Below, one piece after another: positions 11,570-23,061 of a stretch of 64,000 nucleotides of DNA. A program made the position numbers and the translations under genes. Below the pieces are notes generated by a model, which was given only the letters and a program-made list of their open reading frames with translations, searched no databases and was not told the origin of the DNA. Source of the stretch: Batkoa obscura (lineage: Eukaryota); contig JASVEC010000002.1 in NCBI GenBank assembly GCA_030770535.1, positions 1,922,001 to 1,986,000 on the forward strand. Reading direction: 5' to 3'. Within the stretch, counting starts at the first letter, position 1. The number at the start of each line of letters is the position of its first letter.

Positions 11570-13079
11570 AAAAGGCTTTTATTTAAAAAGTTTATAAAAA
11601 TTAATATATAGATAGATACAAGAAACTATTAAATCTCAAGAGTTTTTACATTACATGTTTAAAAAAATCTATAAAATAATAGTTTAGATATTGATCTTAG
11701 TTTTTTTTATCAAGTATTATAGAGAAAATATAATTAACAAACACTTTAAAAATCTTTTGTAATAGAAAAATAGCTTTAAAGCATTAAGTAAAATAGAAGA
11801 TATTAATTAATTGATTTTAAAATCCAAGATTTTTTATAAATATAATAGAATTAATGACTTAATAATAATAATAAAATAAATATAGTTTTTAAAAAGTATC
11901 TATATTTTATTGAACATAATAACAAACTATATTATTACCCAGTATATCCAAAATAAGAAAAGCAACAGAAAAATTAGAAGTTTCAATATTTATTAAACTA
12001 GTAAGCAGCTTGTTAAATAATAGAAATCAATTGTGAAATATTTCTATTATTTGAATTATTAATAGCTAAGTTAATAAATAGTCAGATAGCAAGGAGTTAT
12101 GATAAGTAAAAACTATTATTATATTGCTTGTATTACATACAAATAAGTAATTATAGCTTTGGAGTTAAACACTCTTTTTCATGCAGCTGTTTATTAACTT
12201 AACAATACAACAAACAATAATGCAATTATAGGACTAAAATAATTTATTTATTTGATAGCAAATCTGCAATGTTGGCTATAAAGTAATCAATAATAAATAT
12301 TTCTTAAGTTTTATAGGAGCATCTATTTATTTACAATATTATAGCTTTAATTAATATCAATATATAGGTTATATTAGTAAAAACCTTGCTAATTCAAGAG
12401 CTTCTATTAAATTTAGTATAAGTTTTGCTAAGTTATAACGTAAATTATAATAAAATAATTTAAAATTGTGTCGAGTATGAGTACTTGCTTTTTAATGGAA
12501 GAATTTATAGATTTTAAGCAAAGTTTTAAAATATAAATTTTTCGAAATGGATAAAAAAATGAAACCAATTTGGACATCCCCATATGGATTAGTAAGCCAA
12601 TTTTTAGTTTTAAGTTCATCTTAATTTATTATTGTTCGAAGTTTAGAATTAAATTAATTGCATCATATCACCTAGAGCTCTTATTCATTAGGTTATTATT
12701 TACTCTATTGAAAATAAAAGTTATAACTTTTCGATGGCTTATTTAGTAAATAATTATATTTAAGACTGATCAAATAGCTGTAACATTTACCTATTCACTG
12801 AAATTCAATATATATAATAAATTTAATTCCAAGGATGGGTCACAATTTAATGCAAATTTGATCAAACAAGGTAATTGTAAAAATATAATTAATTACATAA
12901 CAAGAAATTGCCAAGATACCAAAGCCATAGAAAAGTTACAAAGAGACGTATATATAAGAAAAAAGAAGCATTCAACTTATATAATATTATTTTAAAATAA
13001 AATTTATTACTCTGGAAGTAATACTATTGATTACCATTAATTAATTTTTTATAACATACATCAAACCCAACTAACTAAA

Positions 13080-13841
13080 ATGATGAAACCAACCTTATTT
13101 CTAATCGCATTTTCTGCATTGATGAGCAATATTACAGCTTTATCTGGTTCTGGCCCAATCAGTACCCATCCATACCAAGAACAAAGATCCATTCTTGAAA
13201 CATCCCAAGTAGCTTGTGGTATTCCAGCATCTCAAATGAACCTTGATAGAGTTACTGCAGTACAAGGTTTAGACAAATCTCAATGTGGTACCTGCTTAAA
13301 AGTAACCTCAAAACAAAATGGTCTTGTATTATATATTGTTGCTGTTGATATTGGTGGACAAGGTTTGGATATGAATACTGTAGCATTTTCACAACTATCA
13401 GATGGTGAAACTACTGGCCATGTTGATGTAACTTGGGAATCTACCGATGCTGGTAAATGCGCTGGTGTAATTACTAGTGGCGATGCTGAATTACCTGGTA
13501 TGCGTACTGAGCCTGGAGCTGAAACCTCCGAATCTAAGCCTAAGAAGCCAGTAAAATCAGAAGATGAAGATGGAAATGGTTTTGAAGAAGAAGAAGAAGA
13601 AGAAGAAAGCCCAAAGTCACAAAAATCACATAAACCAAGCCATACACCAAAAGATATACCAAAGGGTACCTCAAAAGATGCTTCATACGATAAACCAACT
13701 GATGAATGTGGAGCTGGTATTTACAAGAAGTGTATCTCTGATAAGCAATATGTTTCATGTGTTCATAAACAAAGATTTATTGAGTCTTGTAATCCAGCAT
13801 TAACATGTAAAAATGCAGGTGATGCAATTCAATGTGTTTAA
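13080..13841 (+). CDS. Secreted expansin/loosenin-like (DPBB/RlpA-like) protein with acidic linker and C-terminal Cys-rich (CBM19-like) domain
   Basis: Signal peptide; ACG...CGTCLKVT...VAVDIGGQGLDMNTVAFSQL DPBB motif; 6-Cys C-terminal module. Confidence 0.8.
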   Translation: MMKPTLFLIAFSALMSNITALSGSGPISTHPYQEQRSILETSQVACGIPASQMNLDRVTAVQGLDKSQCGTCLKVTSKQNGLVLYIVAVDIGGQGLDMNTVAFSQLSDGETTGHVDVTWESTDAGKCAGVITSGDAELPGMRTEPGAETSESKPKKPVKSEDEDGNGFEEEEEEEESPKSQKSHKPSHTPKDIPKGTSKDASYDKPTDECGAGIYKKCISDKQYVSCVHKQRFIESCNPALTCKNAGDAIQCV

Positions 13842-15425
13842 TATATACTAACCATAGTGCTCTACTTTGACAATTGATTTGTTATAATAAAGATATTTAA
13901 TGATACTAGTTATTATAGAATTTTTACGTAATTAATATATGTTAATTGTTAAAGCATTAATAAATTCAATTTCAATATTAATTTTAGAGTAATTAATGTG
14001 GAATACTTAATGTATTATAAATATTATGTTACTTATGTTAATATATAACAAATCAAGTTTACTAATCTTGTAAAGATTAACCGAAAATAAAAGAAAAGGT
14101 TTTAGCATTTTATTCCTATCTATAATGATATTGAAATTCGCAGCTTAGATTTAGAAAAGTATATTTACATTAAAATTATCAAATCTTTATATTCTAATTT
14201 TATACTTATACTAAGATTGTTTTTGTCTGTATACTAATCTATAAAATAATAAGCTTTTTACTAATTCAAAATAAAAACCATCTCAATTTTAAAACATTAT
14301 TTTACATTACAAAGATAGTTGTTACTTGAATAGCTTGACCTACTTCCTTACCTCTTCATGCATTCTTCTAAACTTACCTAGTAGCTGGCTATCTATAAAA
14401 TGATTAGTAAGCTATACTGAGTAACTCCTTTAATGGAGTATCTTGGTATCGGCTTAAACTCATAGTCACTTTATTTATATTCAAACAGTTTATTCTGATC
14501 AAACTTCTTATTAAAAAGATGTATCTAACACTACGATAAAATGTTATATAAACGAGTTAACATTTTTGTCATATTTTAAATTCGATCTATTAACTTTATT
14601 TTTGTTATAGTATATAGTATACAAATTTGTAAAATGTTTTATCATGTTTTAAATGAAATAAATTTATACTGGCTAAATAGTAATTTATCCATAATATAGC
14701 GAACTCTTTATTCATTTTACAGGAACTATCAATTATTAAAATTTCTACTTGGTTGAATATTTAAATTTTTTATGAAATTTAGGTTTGAGTTATAAGTAAA
14801 GTATTGATTTATATCTTATATGAAACCTTGTATAATAATTTATTAAAAATCTTCAGATTGTGCAAACAAGACACTAGAAGAACTGTCAAATGAGGATGCC
14901 TTTTTTTAGATGAATTAGGAGCTAGTCGAATAAAAGAAAGGACCTAAAAAATAACTTGGAAATCAATCAACTGGGTTTCGTCTGTTTTAGACTTGAGTAG
15001 GTTTAATTTCATAGAGTCAGACTCTAAATTATACAACCCAACCCAAGAGTGAAAAAGAGTGGAAACTATGAAGTCGTCACCAATTTGATTACTTGGTGAC
15101 AATGGAATGTCTTTTGTTTAAGAAATTCACTAACTTCTTCCTCCCTCAATAACACCTGAAAAAAGGAAAAAGTGATGAAACCAAAGAAAGCACCCTTGAA
15201 TATTAAAGTTTAATAAATTGTTTTATTAGTCTAAAAGCATAAGAGTTATGTGATTAATATACAAGCATTTTTAAGCTTTATAAATTATTATATCCCACTA
15301 AAAAGCACTACACAGTACTTTTATATTATTATTTAGAAAAGCTAGCAATAAGGTGTAGTTTCTAGTCTAAAGTTTTTTATTTTGAAAATACAATAATTTA
15401 TAAATTTGAACTATTTTAATTAATT

Positions 15426-15534
15426 GGGGATGTATTTTTGTATTTTTGTATTTAAGAATTTTACTAACAAATTTTCCAGCTCAAATAGCACTTAAAAAAT
15501 GGAAAAAATAACGAAGTCAAAAAAAACATTCTCA
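15426..15534 (+). mobile_element. MITE family A copy
   Basis: GGGGATGT...AACATTCTC with AATT on both sides (final A at 15534 belongs to the TSD). Confidence 0.85.
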
Positions 15535-17276
15535 ATTGTTTAAAAATTCCCTTTCAAAGCTTATAATTAATAATTTATACAATTTATCGATAGCAAATAA
15601 ATCAAATTAATTTTTATTCATTTTTCGTTGAATTAAAATAATCATAAATGCGATTAAACTAAAAGCTAATTATTATAATATTAAATACTAATTACCTAAA
15701 ACTAATATAGAATATTTAAACTAGTTATTGTTATATCAAGTAAGTTTAATTTGAATTTTTTATCAATAAGTGACTTAAATGAATTAAAGTATTCTATTAT
15801 TCATATTTTCTTGTCAATATTTACTCAATATTCAAAAAACGCAAAATAAGTGGTTTGATATAAATGCTTATTTGAGAACATTAGCTACCTTAAAACATTC
15901 TACTTATAAAAGGTCATAGGTATAATTACAAGATTTGAAACAAAAATAATAGTCTTATTAATATTAGACTATGAAGAATGTAACAGATATTATATCATAG
16001 CACATAAATTAGAGTACTTCTCTTATTATATAATTCAAGCAGAATGGCTCAAATTGCGATGTTCAAAATCATTAAACGGATATATTAATCTAAAAACCAG
16101 ACTATATTTTATATCCATTTATGCAATAAGAAGAGCTTTAAACCACAAATTAAAGCTTAAAAAGCTTATTAGCCGATGGAAATAAGGTAAGGATATAATT
16201 AAAGTCTGAAGCGGTATAGGGTAATAGCTTAATTTCCATATTTTACTAATATTCCCACTAACTTATATAATAAAGGCATTTTTTTGAATTTCGATTCAAA
16301 ATAAAAATAGTTAATTATTAATTTAAGGTTTATGTTATTTGATAAAAACAAATTATATGGATTTTCCACTTGATAATTGTTCATTTAGCCACTAGTGCTA
16401 AAACTAAAAGATTTATCCTAAGCTCCTTGCTTTTTAGAATTTAACCTTATTTACTGCTGTTTATCCATGACCTTTTAATATGATTTCTTTCCTAAATTTG
16501 TTATATAATATAATTGTCATGTTTATAACACTATTTTCTTACTTTTTTCTGCATCAAAGTTTTAAATGAAAATAAATCACTTAAATAAAAAAATTTAAAT
16601 TAACTTTATACGTAATAATAGGAAATCACATTAATATTAATAAAGTTGATTTATTTTATTTTTTATTACCAAATTTATCTAAAGATCAATAATCCTCACA
16701 AATCAAAGTAATGATACTGCTGATAATATTTGAATTAACATTTTGAGAATTATAGTAAGTATTATAAAGTTAGGAAGGAATATCGCTTTTACTACAATAT
16801 TCTAATAAAAAAATTGAAAACTTAGCTACAAATAAAGCATCCTTTGAACATATAAACTGAATTACCCGAAGTTTTGAAATTATGAAGCTTTTAATTATTC
16901 AAAATTTATCCCCATTTAAAATGATCATTTACTTTAATATTATTATTTGACTTTTTATCACTTTGATCATTTCTTTGTTAAAATCTCCTATTTTTCATAA
17001 TTGATATTAATAAATGTCATTAAGGCTAAATATCCTATATTCCTAAAAGATATACTTGTACTAATCCAGTTTAAAATCTGGAATGGCAGTAAAAGATCAA
17101 AAAAGTCCAGACATGTCATTTATATAGGATGTAAGGTGTCATACAGCCAAGAAATGAAAAAGTATATAAGTTACCACTTCACCCAAAAATTGCTATTAAA
17201 AAAACAACAAAGCATTACAATCCTCGTTATCTATTTATTTCAATCAATTTCTTACTGATCAATTTATACAATCGTT

Positions 17277-19241
17277 ATGAAGGGCTTTCTTTTTATTATC
17301 CCCTTTACTATTTTATTCTCAGGCTCAACTATCGCCACAGATACTGGAGGCGATGACTCCTATCTTTATAAAAAGAATGATTATAAAACCGCCGATAAAA
17401 CATATGACTACATTGTTGTAGGAGGAGGATCTGCTGGTGGTATGGCGGCTATGAGATTAGCCAAATATGGTTACAAAACTTTGTTGATTGAAGCTGGACC
17501 AGAGCCCGAACCAGGGCTAGCAAGTTATAATATAACTACCGCTGGTATCTCTTTCCGTGCAACTGAAGATCCAAAGATTTCCTTTGATTTCTCTGTTAAA
17601 CATTATCCAGAAATCACCGGTATCCGTCAAAATGTATTTTATCCAAGAGTAGGTGGATTAGGTGGATGTTCTTTACATCATGCTCAAATTGAAATGTACC
17701 CACAAAAACAAGATTTTGATCAACTTAAGAGCTTAACTGGAAATGCCGTATTTGAAGAAGCAACGTTTAGAAACAAATATTTTAAGCCATTAGAAAATAA
17801 TCAATATCCAACGGATCTTAGAAACGCTAATGACCATGGTTTCAATGGCTGGTTACCTCTTTCTTACAACCCAGTAGAACGTGTTGGTCCAATTGATCAA
17901 TCACTTATTGATTTTCTCTCCTTTTTAGGTCCAAATCCAAAGTATGATGTCAATGGTTATATTAATGGCAAACTTGGTACTAGCCAAGAATCTACATTTA
18001 CTATCCCAGGTGGTGTCCATCTCAATAACTTTACCAGAATGAATTTTCTTGGTCAAATGCAAATGGCTCGAGCTTTTACCCCATTAACTATTCTTACTGA
18101 TACTTTTGCTACTAAAATCTTATTTGATAAAAATAAGAAAGCTATCGGAGTAGATGTTCGCCATGGTAAATACCTTTATAAAGCATCACCAATGTACCAA
18201 CAATCTAATTGGGATTCAAGTGTACCAAATCAATTCTTTGCCACTAAAGAAATTATTATTTCTGGTGGTACTTTTATGACTCCACAACTACTTATGCTTT
18301 CAGGTATTGGAGATGCAACTCAACTAAACAAATTTAAAATCCCAGTTATTGCTAATCTTAGAGGGGTAGGTAAAAATCTTCAAGATCGTTATGAGATCCC
18401 ATACAGTACCGACTTAAAGCAAAATCTTGAAATATTTAAAGATTGCCCATGGATCACAGACCCAACTAAAGATCGATGCTTTAAAAATTATTTAGAAACT
18501 AAAACTGGTCCTTATTTACACGCTCCTGGCTTCAGTGGCCAAATTAAAAATTCAAAATCTGGTTTAAGTGAACCTGATACCTTCTTTATCAGTATTCCTA
18601 TCTTTTTCCATGGTTATTATCGAGGCTATACCCAGGATATTGTTGATAATTTACACTACTTCACACAATTAGTATTAAAAGCACGTTCCAAAAGCAAGGG
18701 CCATGTCAACTTAGTATCCTCTAATCCAAATGATATACCTGATATCAATTTATTAAAATTCAATCGTAATGGTTATGAAGATATGAATGCTTTGATTGAT
18801 GGTATACTGTTTTTACGTAACCGCACCAACACCAACGTAGGTACTAAATACCAAGAAGCATTACCAGGTAGTAATATCAAAACGAGAACCCAAATAGCAA
18901 AATGGATTATTGAAACAGTATGGGGTCATCATGTATGTTGTACTGCCAAATTGGGTGCTGATACTGATCCTTACGCTGTCCTTGATTCTAGATTCCGAGT
19001 TCGTGGTGTCAAGAGTTTAAGAGTTGTTGATATGTCCGCTTTTCCTGATATCCCTGGTTTCTTCCCTAATTTATTTGTCCATATGCTTGGTGATGTCGTT
19101 GCAGATTTCGTTCATGAGGATAATAGTTCTGCTTCCGATGTGTTGGCTAAGTTGCCTCCTGATACTACTCAAAGTAAAACTGATAATCAGTATACCGAGG
19201 ATTATGATGGTGTAGATGTAACTAATCCTAAGTTTGATTAG
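17277..19241 (+). CDS. Secreted GMC (glucose-methanol-choline) oxidoreductase, intronless
   Basis: Signal peptide; YDYIVVGGGSAG FAD motif, LLIEAG, TPQLLMLSGIG, GVGKNLQD, WGHH, LDSRFRVRGVKSLRVVDMS. Confidence 0.93.
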   Translation: MKGFLFIIPFTILFSGSTIATDTGGDDSYLYKKNDYKTADKTYDYIVVGGGSAGGMAAMRLAKYGYKTLLIEAGPEPEPGLASYNITTAGISFRATEDPKISFDFSVKHYPEITGIRQNVFYPRVGGLGGCSLHHAQIEMYPQKQDFDQLKSLTGNAVFEEATFRNKYFKPLENNQYPTDLRNANDHGFNGWLPLSYNPVERVGPIDQSLIDFLSFLGPNPKYDVNGYINGKLGTSQESTFTIPGGVHLNNFTRMNFLGQMQMARAFTPLTILTDTFATKILFDKNKKAIGVDVRHGKYLYKASPMYQQSNWDSSVPNQFFATKEIIISGGTFMTPQLLMLSGIGDATQLNKFKIPVIANLRGVGKNLQDRYEIPYSTDLKQNLEIFKDCPWITDPTKDRCFKNYLETKTGPYLHAPGFSGQIKNSKSGLSEPDTFFISIPIFFHGYYRGYTQDIVDNLHYFTQLVLKARSKSKGHVNLVSSNPNDIPDINLLKFNRNGYEDMNALIDGILFLRNRTNTNVGTKYQEALPGSNIKTRTQIAKWIIETVWGHHVCCTAKLGADTDPYAVLDSRFRVRGVKSLRVVDMSAFPDIPGFFPNLFVHMLGDVVADFVHEDNSSASDVLAKLPPDTTQSKTDNQYTEDYDGVDVTNPKFD

Positions 19242-20025
19242 TTTATTAGTTCAATAAATTTAGTTAATATAAATTATAACTTTTCTATTTTTGTTTTGTA
19301 TTTATCGTAATTTTAATTAAAACAAATTATACCATTCATTCTATAGCAAATAATAGATCTCAACTAATACTAAATCATATCTTAAATAGTTTAATAGTGA
19401 CCATAGTTGTAAAATAAATATAACAACCTTATAACTTAAAGTGTAATATTTATACATATCAAAATCCCCCACTAAGATTTTAATAGATTCCTTTATCCAG
19501 TAATAAAATCAACTACTTAAACTTATTTTTAAAGATAAAATTATTTATTGACATCAATTACAAAAGGATGGTATTTTTACAGTGTTAGAATATTTAAGAA
19601 AAACTCTTATATAATAGTTTAAACAGGCATAAATTATACTTCTATAGCAAAGCTATTACATTGTCTAACTGTAAACTAATTTAAAGTCGAATTAGGAATA
19701 AACTTACAGTATAGAAAAAACCAAATCCTTGTTGACCACTTTTAATCAAAAATTGATAAACTAAAGATGGTAATGAACATAATTTAAACAACTTTTCTCA
19801 AAGTGTCTTAGTTGATAACTCAATCTCCAAAAAATAAAATTAATGTATTCAAGTTGAAAAGCGCTTTAAAAGTTTCCCTTTTATTTATAAAAATTAATAA
19901 TTATTTCACGAGAGTCTAAAACGCACTCGTTAATAACTCTTTAACTTAGTTTTTTAAATTTAAAAGTTAATATTATCATAAATAAACTAAGAAAACTAAT
20001 ATCTCAACCTTTATTTATTAAGAAT

Positions 20026-20472
20026 CTAAATTTCCACCATTCCGCCCCAAGGACATTTATTTCCATTAACTTTATCATAACAATCATATTTATTCCCATT
20101 TTTTTGCCAACATTTAGGACAATTTTCTTTAGCTGGATAGCATAAAGTACCCATATTACCTCTGTTACAACTATCTGCAGGTGGCTTATTACCACCACCA
20201 CCTTGTTTTGAGCGATCAAACATACCATTCCAGTTATCACATTGAGTACCTGATTTGTAGTCGTAACAATCATATTTACCACCATTTTCGATCCAACAAG
20301 GGGGGTATTTTCCAGATGTATAAGCCCATCCATATTTTTGATTATTAGCAATTAAACATTTGCTATTATCAGGAGCACGTGTAAATACATGTTTAAGTTT
20401 ATTAATCAAACTGAAACTTTCAATGCTTCCAGTGGCTAATAAGGTGAATCCAACAATGCTAGTCAATTTCAT
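20026..20472 (-). CDS. Small secreted cysteine-rich protein with an internally duplicated module
   Basis: Signal peptide; two copies of CWxxNGxKYDCYDxxxGxxC separated by a Gly/Pro linker. Confidence 0.8.
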   Translation of the reverse strand: MKLTSIVGFTLLATGSIESFSLINKLKHVFTRAPDNSKCLIANNQKYGWAYTSGKYPPCWIENGGKYDCYDYKSGTQCDNWNGMFDRSKQGGGGNKPPADSCNRGNMGTLCYPAKENCPKCWQKNGNKYDCYDKVNGNKCPWGGMVEI

Positions 20473-21142
20473 TTGATTCTTTAATTTACAAAAGGTACTA
20501 CTGTTTACAAATAGTTAATAAATATTTTTTTAATAATTTATATAAGAAATTTGTTTCTTTATATACTTTTAATTTTTACTAACTACCTGAATTCTTCCCT
20601 CCCTTCCCCTTCAAAATTTATCCCGCTTCCGTCCACTTTTCATTACTCTTGATAGAATTTGAAAATTCCGAAAATTGAAATTTTAAAGGTCTTTTGTATA
20701 GAAATTCTTCCGCCATTTATTACTCTAATAAATCTAGGTTTGAATAGGAAGCTAATATTGGACATTTTCTAAACTAATCTGATTTTTTGGGCAGATCTGC
20801 TTCGATAAATGTATAAAATTGTCATGATTTAAAATATTTAATAGAAATATTAATTTACATTTAGATATTAAAAATATTAAGTATCATAACTATATTATGT
20901 TTATTTATTGAAGACTATTTTAGTATTTAATATAGAATAAATAAAAAATAAAGAATGTAGTTAGATCATAAACTCAAAATAAAGATATCAAGAATTTATT
21001 AAAATTAAATTGAAAATTTTTCAACTAAAATTAAGATCATAACATCAAGTTCCATTTTCCTTTATTTGGTCCATTTTTTATATGTTAAAGAATAGAAAAT
21101 TTCTAAATATTTCAAAAAAAACATAATTAGATTAAACTAAAT

Positions 21143-21240
21143 AGGGATGTTTTTTTATGTTCAAGAATTTTACTAACAATTTTTCTACTCAAATAGCGCT
21201 TAAAAAATGGAAAAATAATGCAATCAAAAAAAACATTCCC
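21143..21240 (+). mobile_element. MITE family A copy
   Basis: AGGGATG...CATTCCC with AAAT on both sides. Confidence 0.85.
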
Positions 21241-21412
21241 AAATGTTACTTTTTTAATTTTAATTCATTTTCAAACTCGAAAAAAACGGAAGCTCATCAG
21301 AACACCAATAAAATACAAAACTCAATTTTGTATAAAAAAATAGAACTCCCATTTCAATTTTATTTGATTAAATAATCAATTTCACAGAAAATAGAAAGAA
21401 AAACTTCAAAAA

Positions 21413-23013
21413 ATGTTACATAAACTCTTAGTTTCCCCTAGAAAATCACAATTGATCATTGTCCAAATTAGTTTATTATATATATTAAATGAAAAGTAAG
21501 TTAAATCAATTTCATCCCCCATCCATCTCTTTCAAATACTAATTCTTCCCTCTTTAGTTCCATTGATCCCATTATTATTGATTTATCTTTAGACAAAGAA
21601 ATTCATAACAATAATATTGAATCAATACAATCAAAAGAGTATTCACCTAGTATTGAACATTTAGTACGTGATATTAAATATAGCAAAGATGGTAGCAAAG
21701 TTGGGGTTATTTTAGATAACAAACAAATTAAAGTTTATAACACAGAAAATTGGAAGATAGAATATCAAAGGTAAAGGATTGAGAATTACTGTTATTATAT
21801 TTTAAAAATTAATTGTTTTATTTTTTTCTATATAACTAAAATAGAATGGTAATAAAAAGACCTACTGCTATAGATTTTGATATTTTTGGTAATCAAGTAG
21901 TTATTGCGGATAAGTTTGGAGATGCTTATAGGTAATATTAAATAATTTATTATAATAAATAAGAGCTACTAATTTTTATATATAATATAAATATTAGTTT
22001 TAATATGAATGAAGAAGTTACTGAAGATAAAGAAATTGAACCTATTGTTGGTCATGTTTCGGTATTAATGGATATTGTAAGTTTTTGAAATTTATATCAA
22101 TATTAATTTATTTATTATTATTAACAATTATAGTTAATATCTAAAGATAATAAATATGTATTAACTGCAGATAGAGATGAAAAAATAAGAGTAAGTAAAT
22201 ACCCTAATGGATATAATATTCATGGCTATTTACTTGGTCATAAATCATATGTAAGTAAAATGATTTTTAGTCAAATTCAAGATAAAAATTGGTTATTTTC
22301 TGTTGGGGGTGATGGCAATATCATTTTATTCGATTTTAATAAATTAATTAAAATCAATCAATTGGAATTAAAACAATATTTTAATAAAGAAGAAGAAAAG
22401 GATGGGGATATCAATTTAAATAATATAAAATTAAATCATTTTAATGAAGTTGAGGAAAAAGAGAGATTTACATTAATTGGTACGGGATGTGAAAAGTAAA
22501 TTATAAAATATTTTATTTATTTATTTATTTATTATATTATATTATATTATTATAGTTTAAATAAAATTGTAATATTAAAATTAAATAATAATATTGAACT
22601 TGAATATTTTGATACAATTGAATTTGAAGATAATGTAATATCATTTACATTTGATCATCAAAATCAATTAATTGTATCAACTAACAATAATAATAATCAA
22701 ATTCAATGTTTTAAATTAAATGAAGATAAAGTAAGCTGTTCATAATAATAACAATATTGATATTAATATTTTATACTTTTTATTTTAGACTCAATACAAT
22801 AAACAAGATACTAAACAATATGAAAATTTGGAATTTAATAAATTTGATGGTAAGTTTATAAGTTATAAGTATATCTCCATACTAATATTATTATTAGCTC
22901 CAAAAGATTTTAGATTACCGTGTATATCTGAACATCGTAAATTTATTAATTTAACATTAATGCCTGAAGAAGAAGAAAATGGTATAAAAAAGAAAAAGAC
23001 AACTGATCATTAA
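21413..23013 (+). CDS. TRM82: tRNA m7G46 methyltransferase non-catalytic WD40 subunit; multi-exon, start uncertain
   Basis: Spliced motifs KRPTAI, IADKFGDAY, GHVSVLMDI, LTADRDEKIRVSKYPNGYNIHGYLLGHKSYVS. Confidence 0.88.
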
Positions 23014-23061
23014 AATAGATAGAATAAATAAAATATAAAAATCATATGTTTTATTATATTT

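Noticed and set aside
13540..13803. Short overlapping or antisense ORFs here and at 3424, 19024, 20004, 26299, 41187, 51272, 61952 and 63076-63952
   Set aside because: Shadows of better-supported genes in other frames.
14340..15210. Less AT-rich patches that look like coding relics, with a small GTCACCAA/TTGGTGAC hairpin
   Set aside because: Multiple stops and no recognisable homology; cannot support a call.
21157..21375. ORFs 21157-21375 and 33147-33341 sharing FKxFTNNFSTQxALK
   Set aside because: The similarity is translation of MITE family A, not a protein family.
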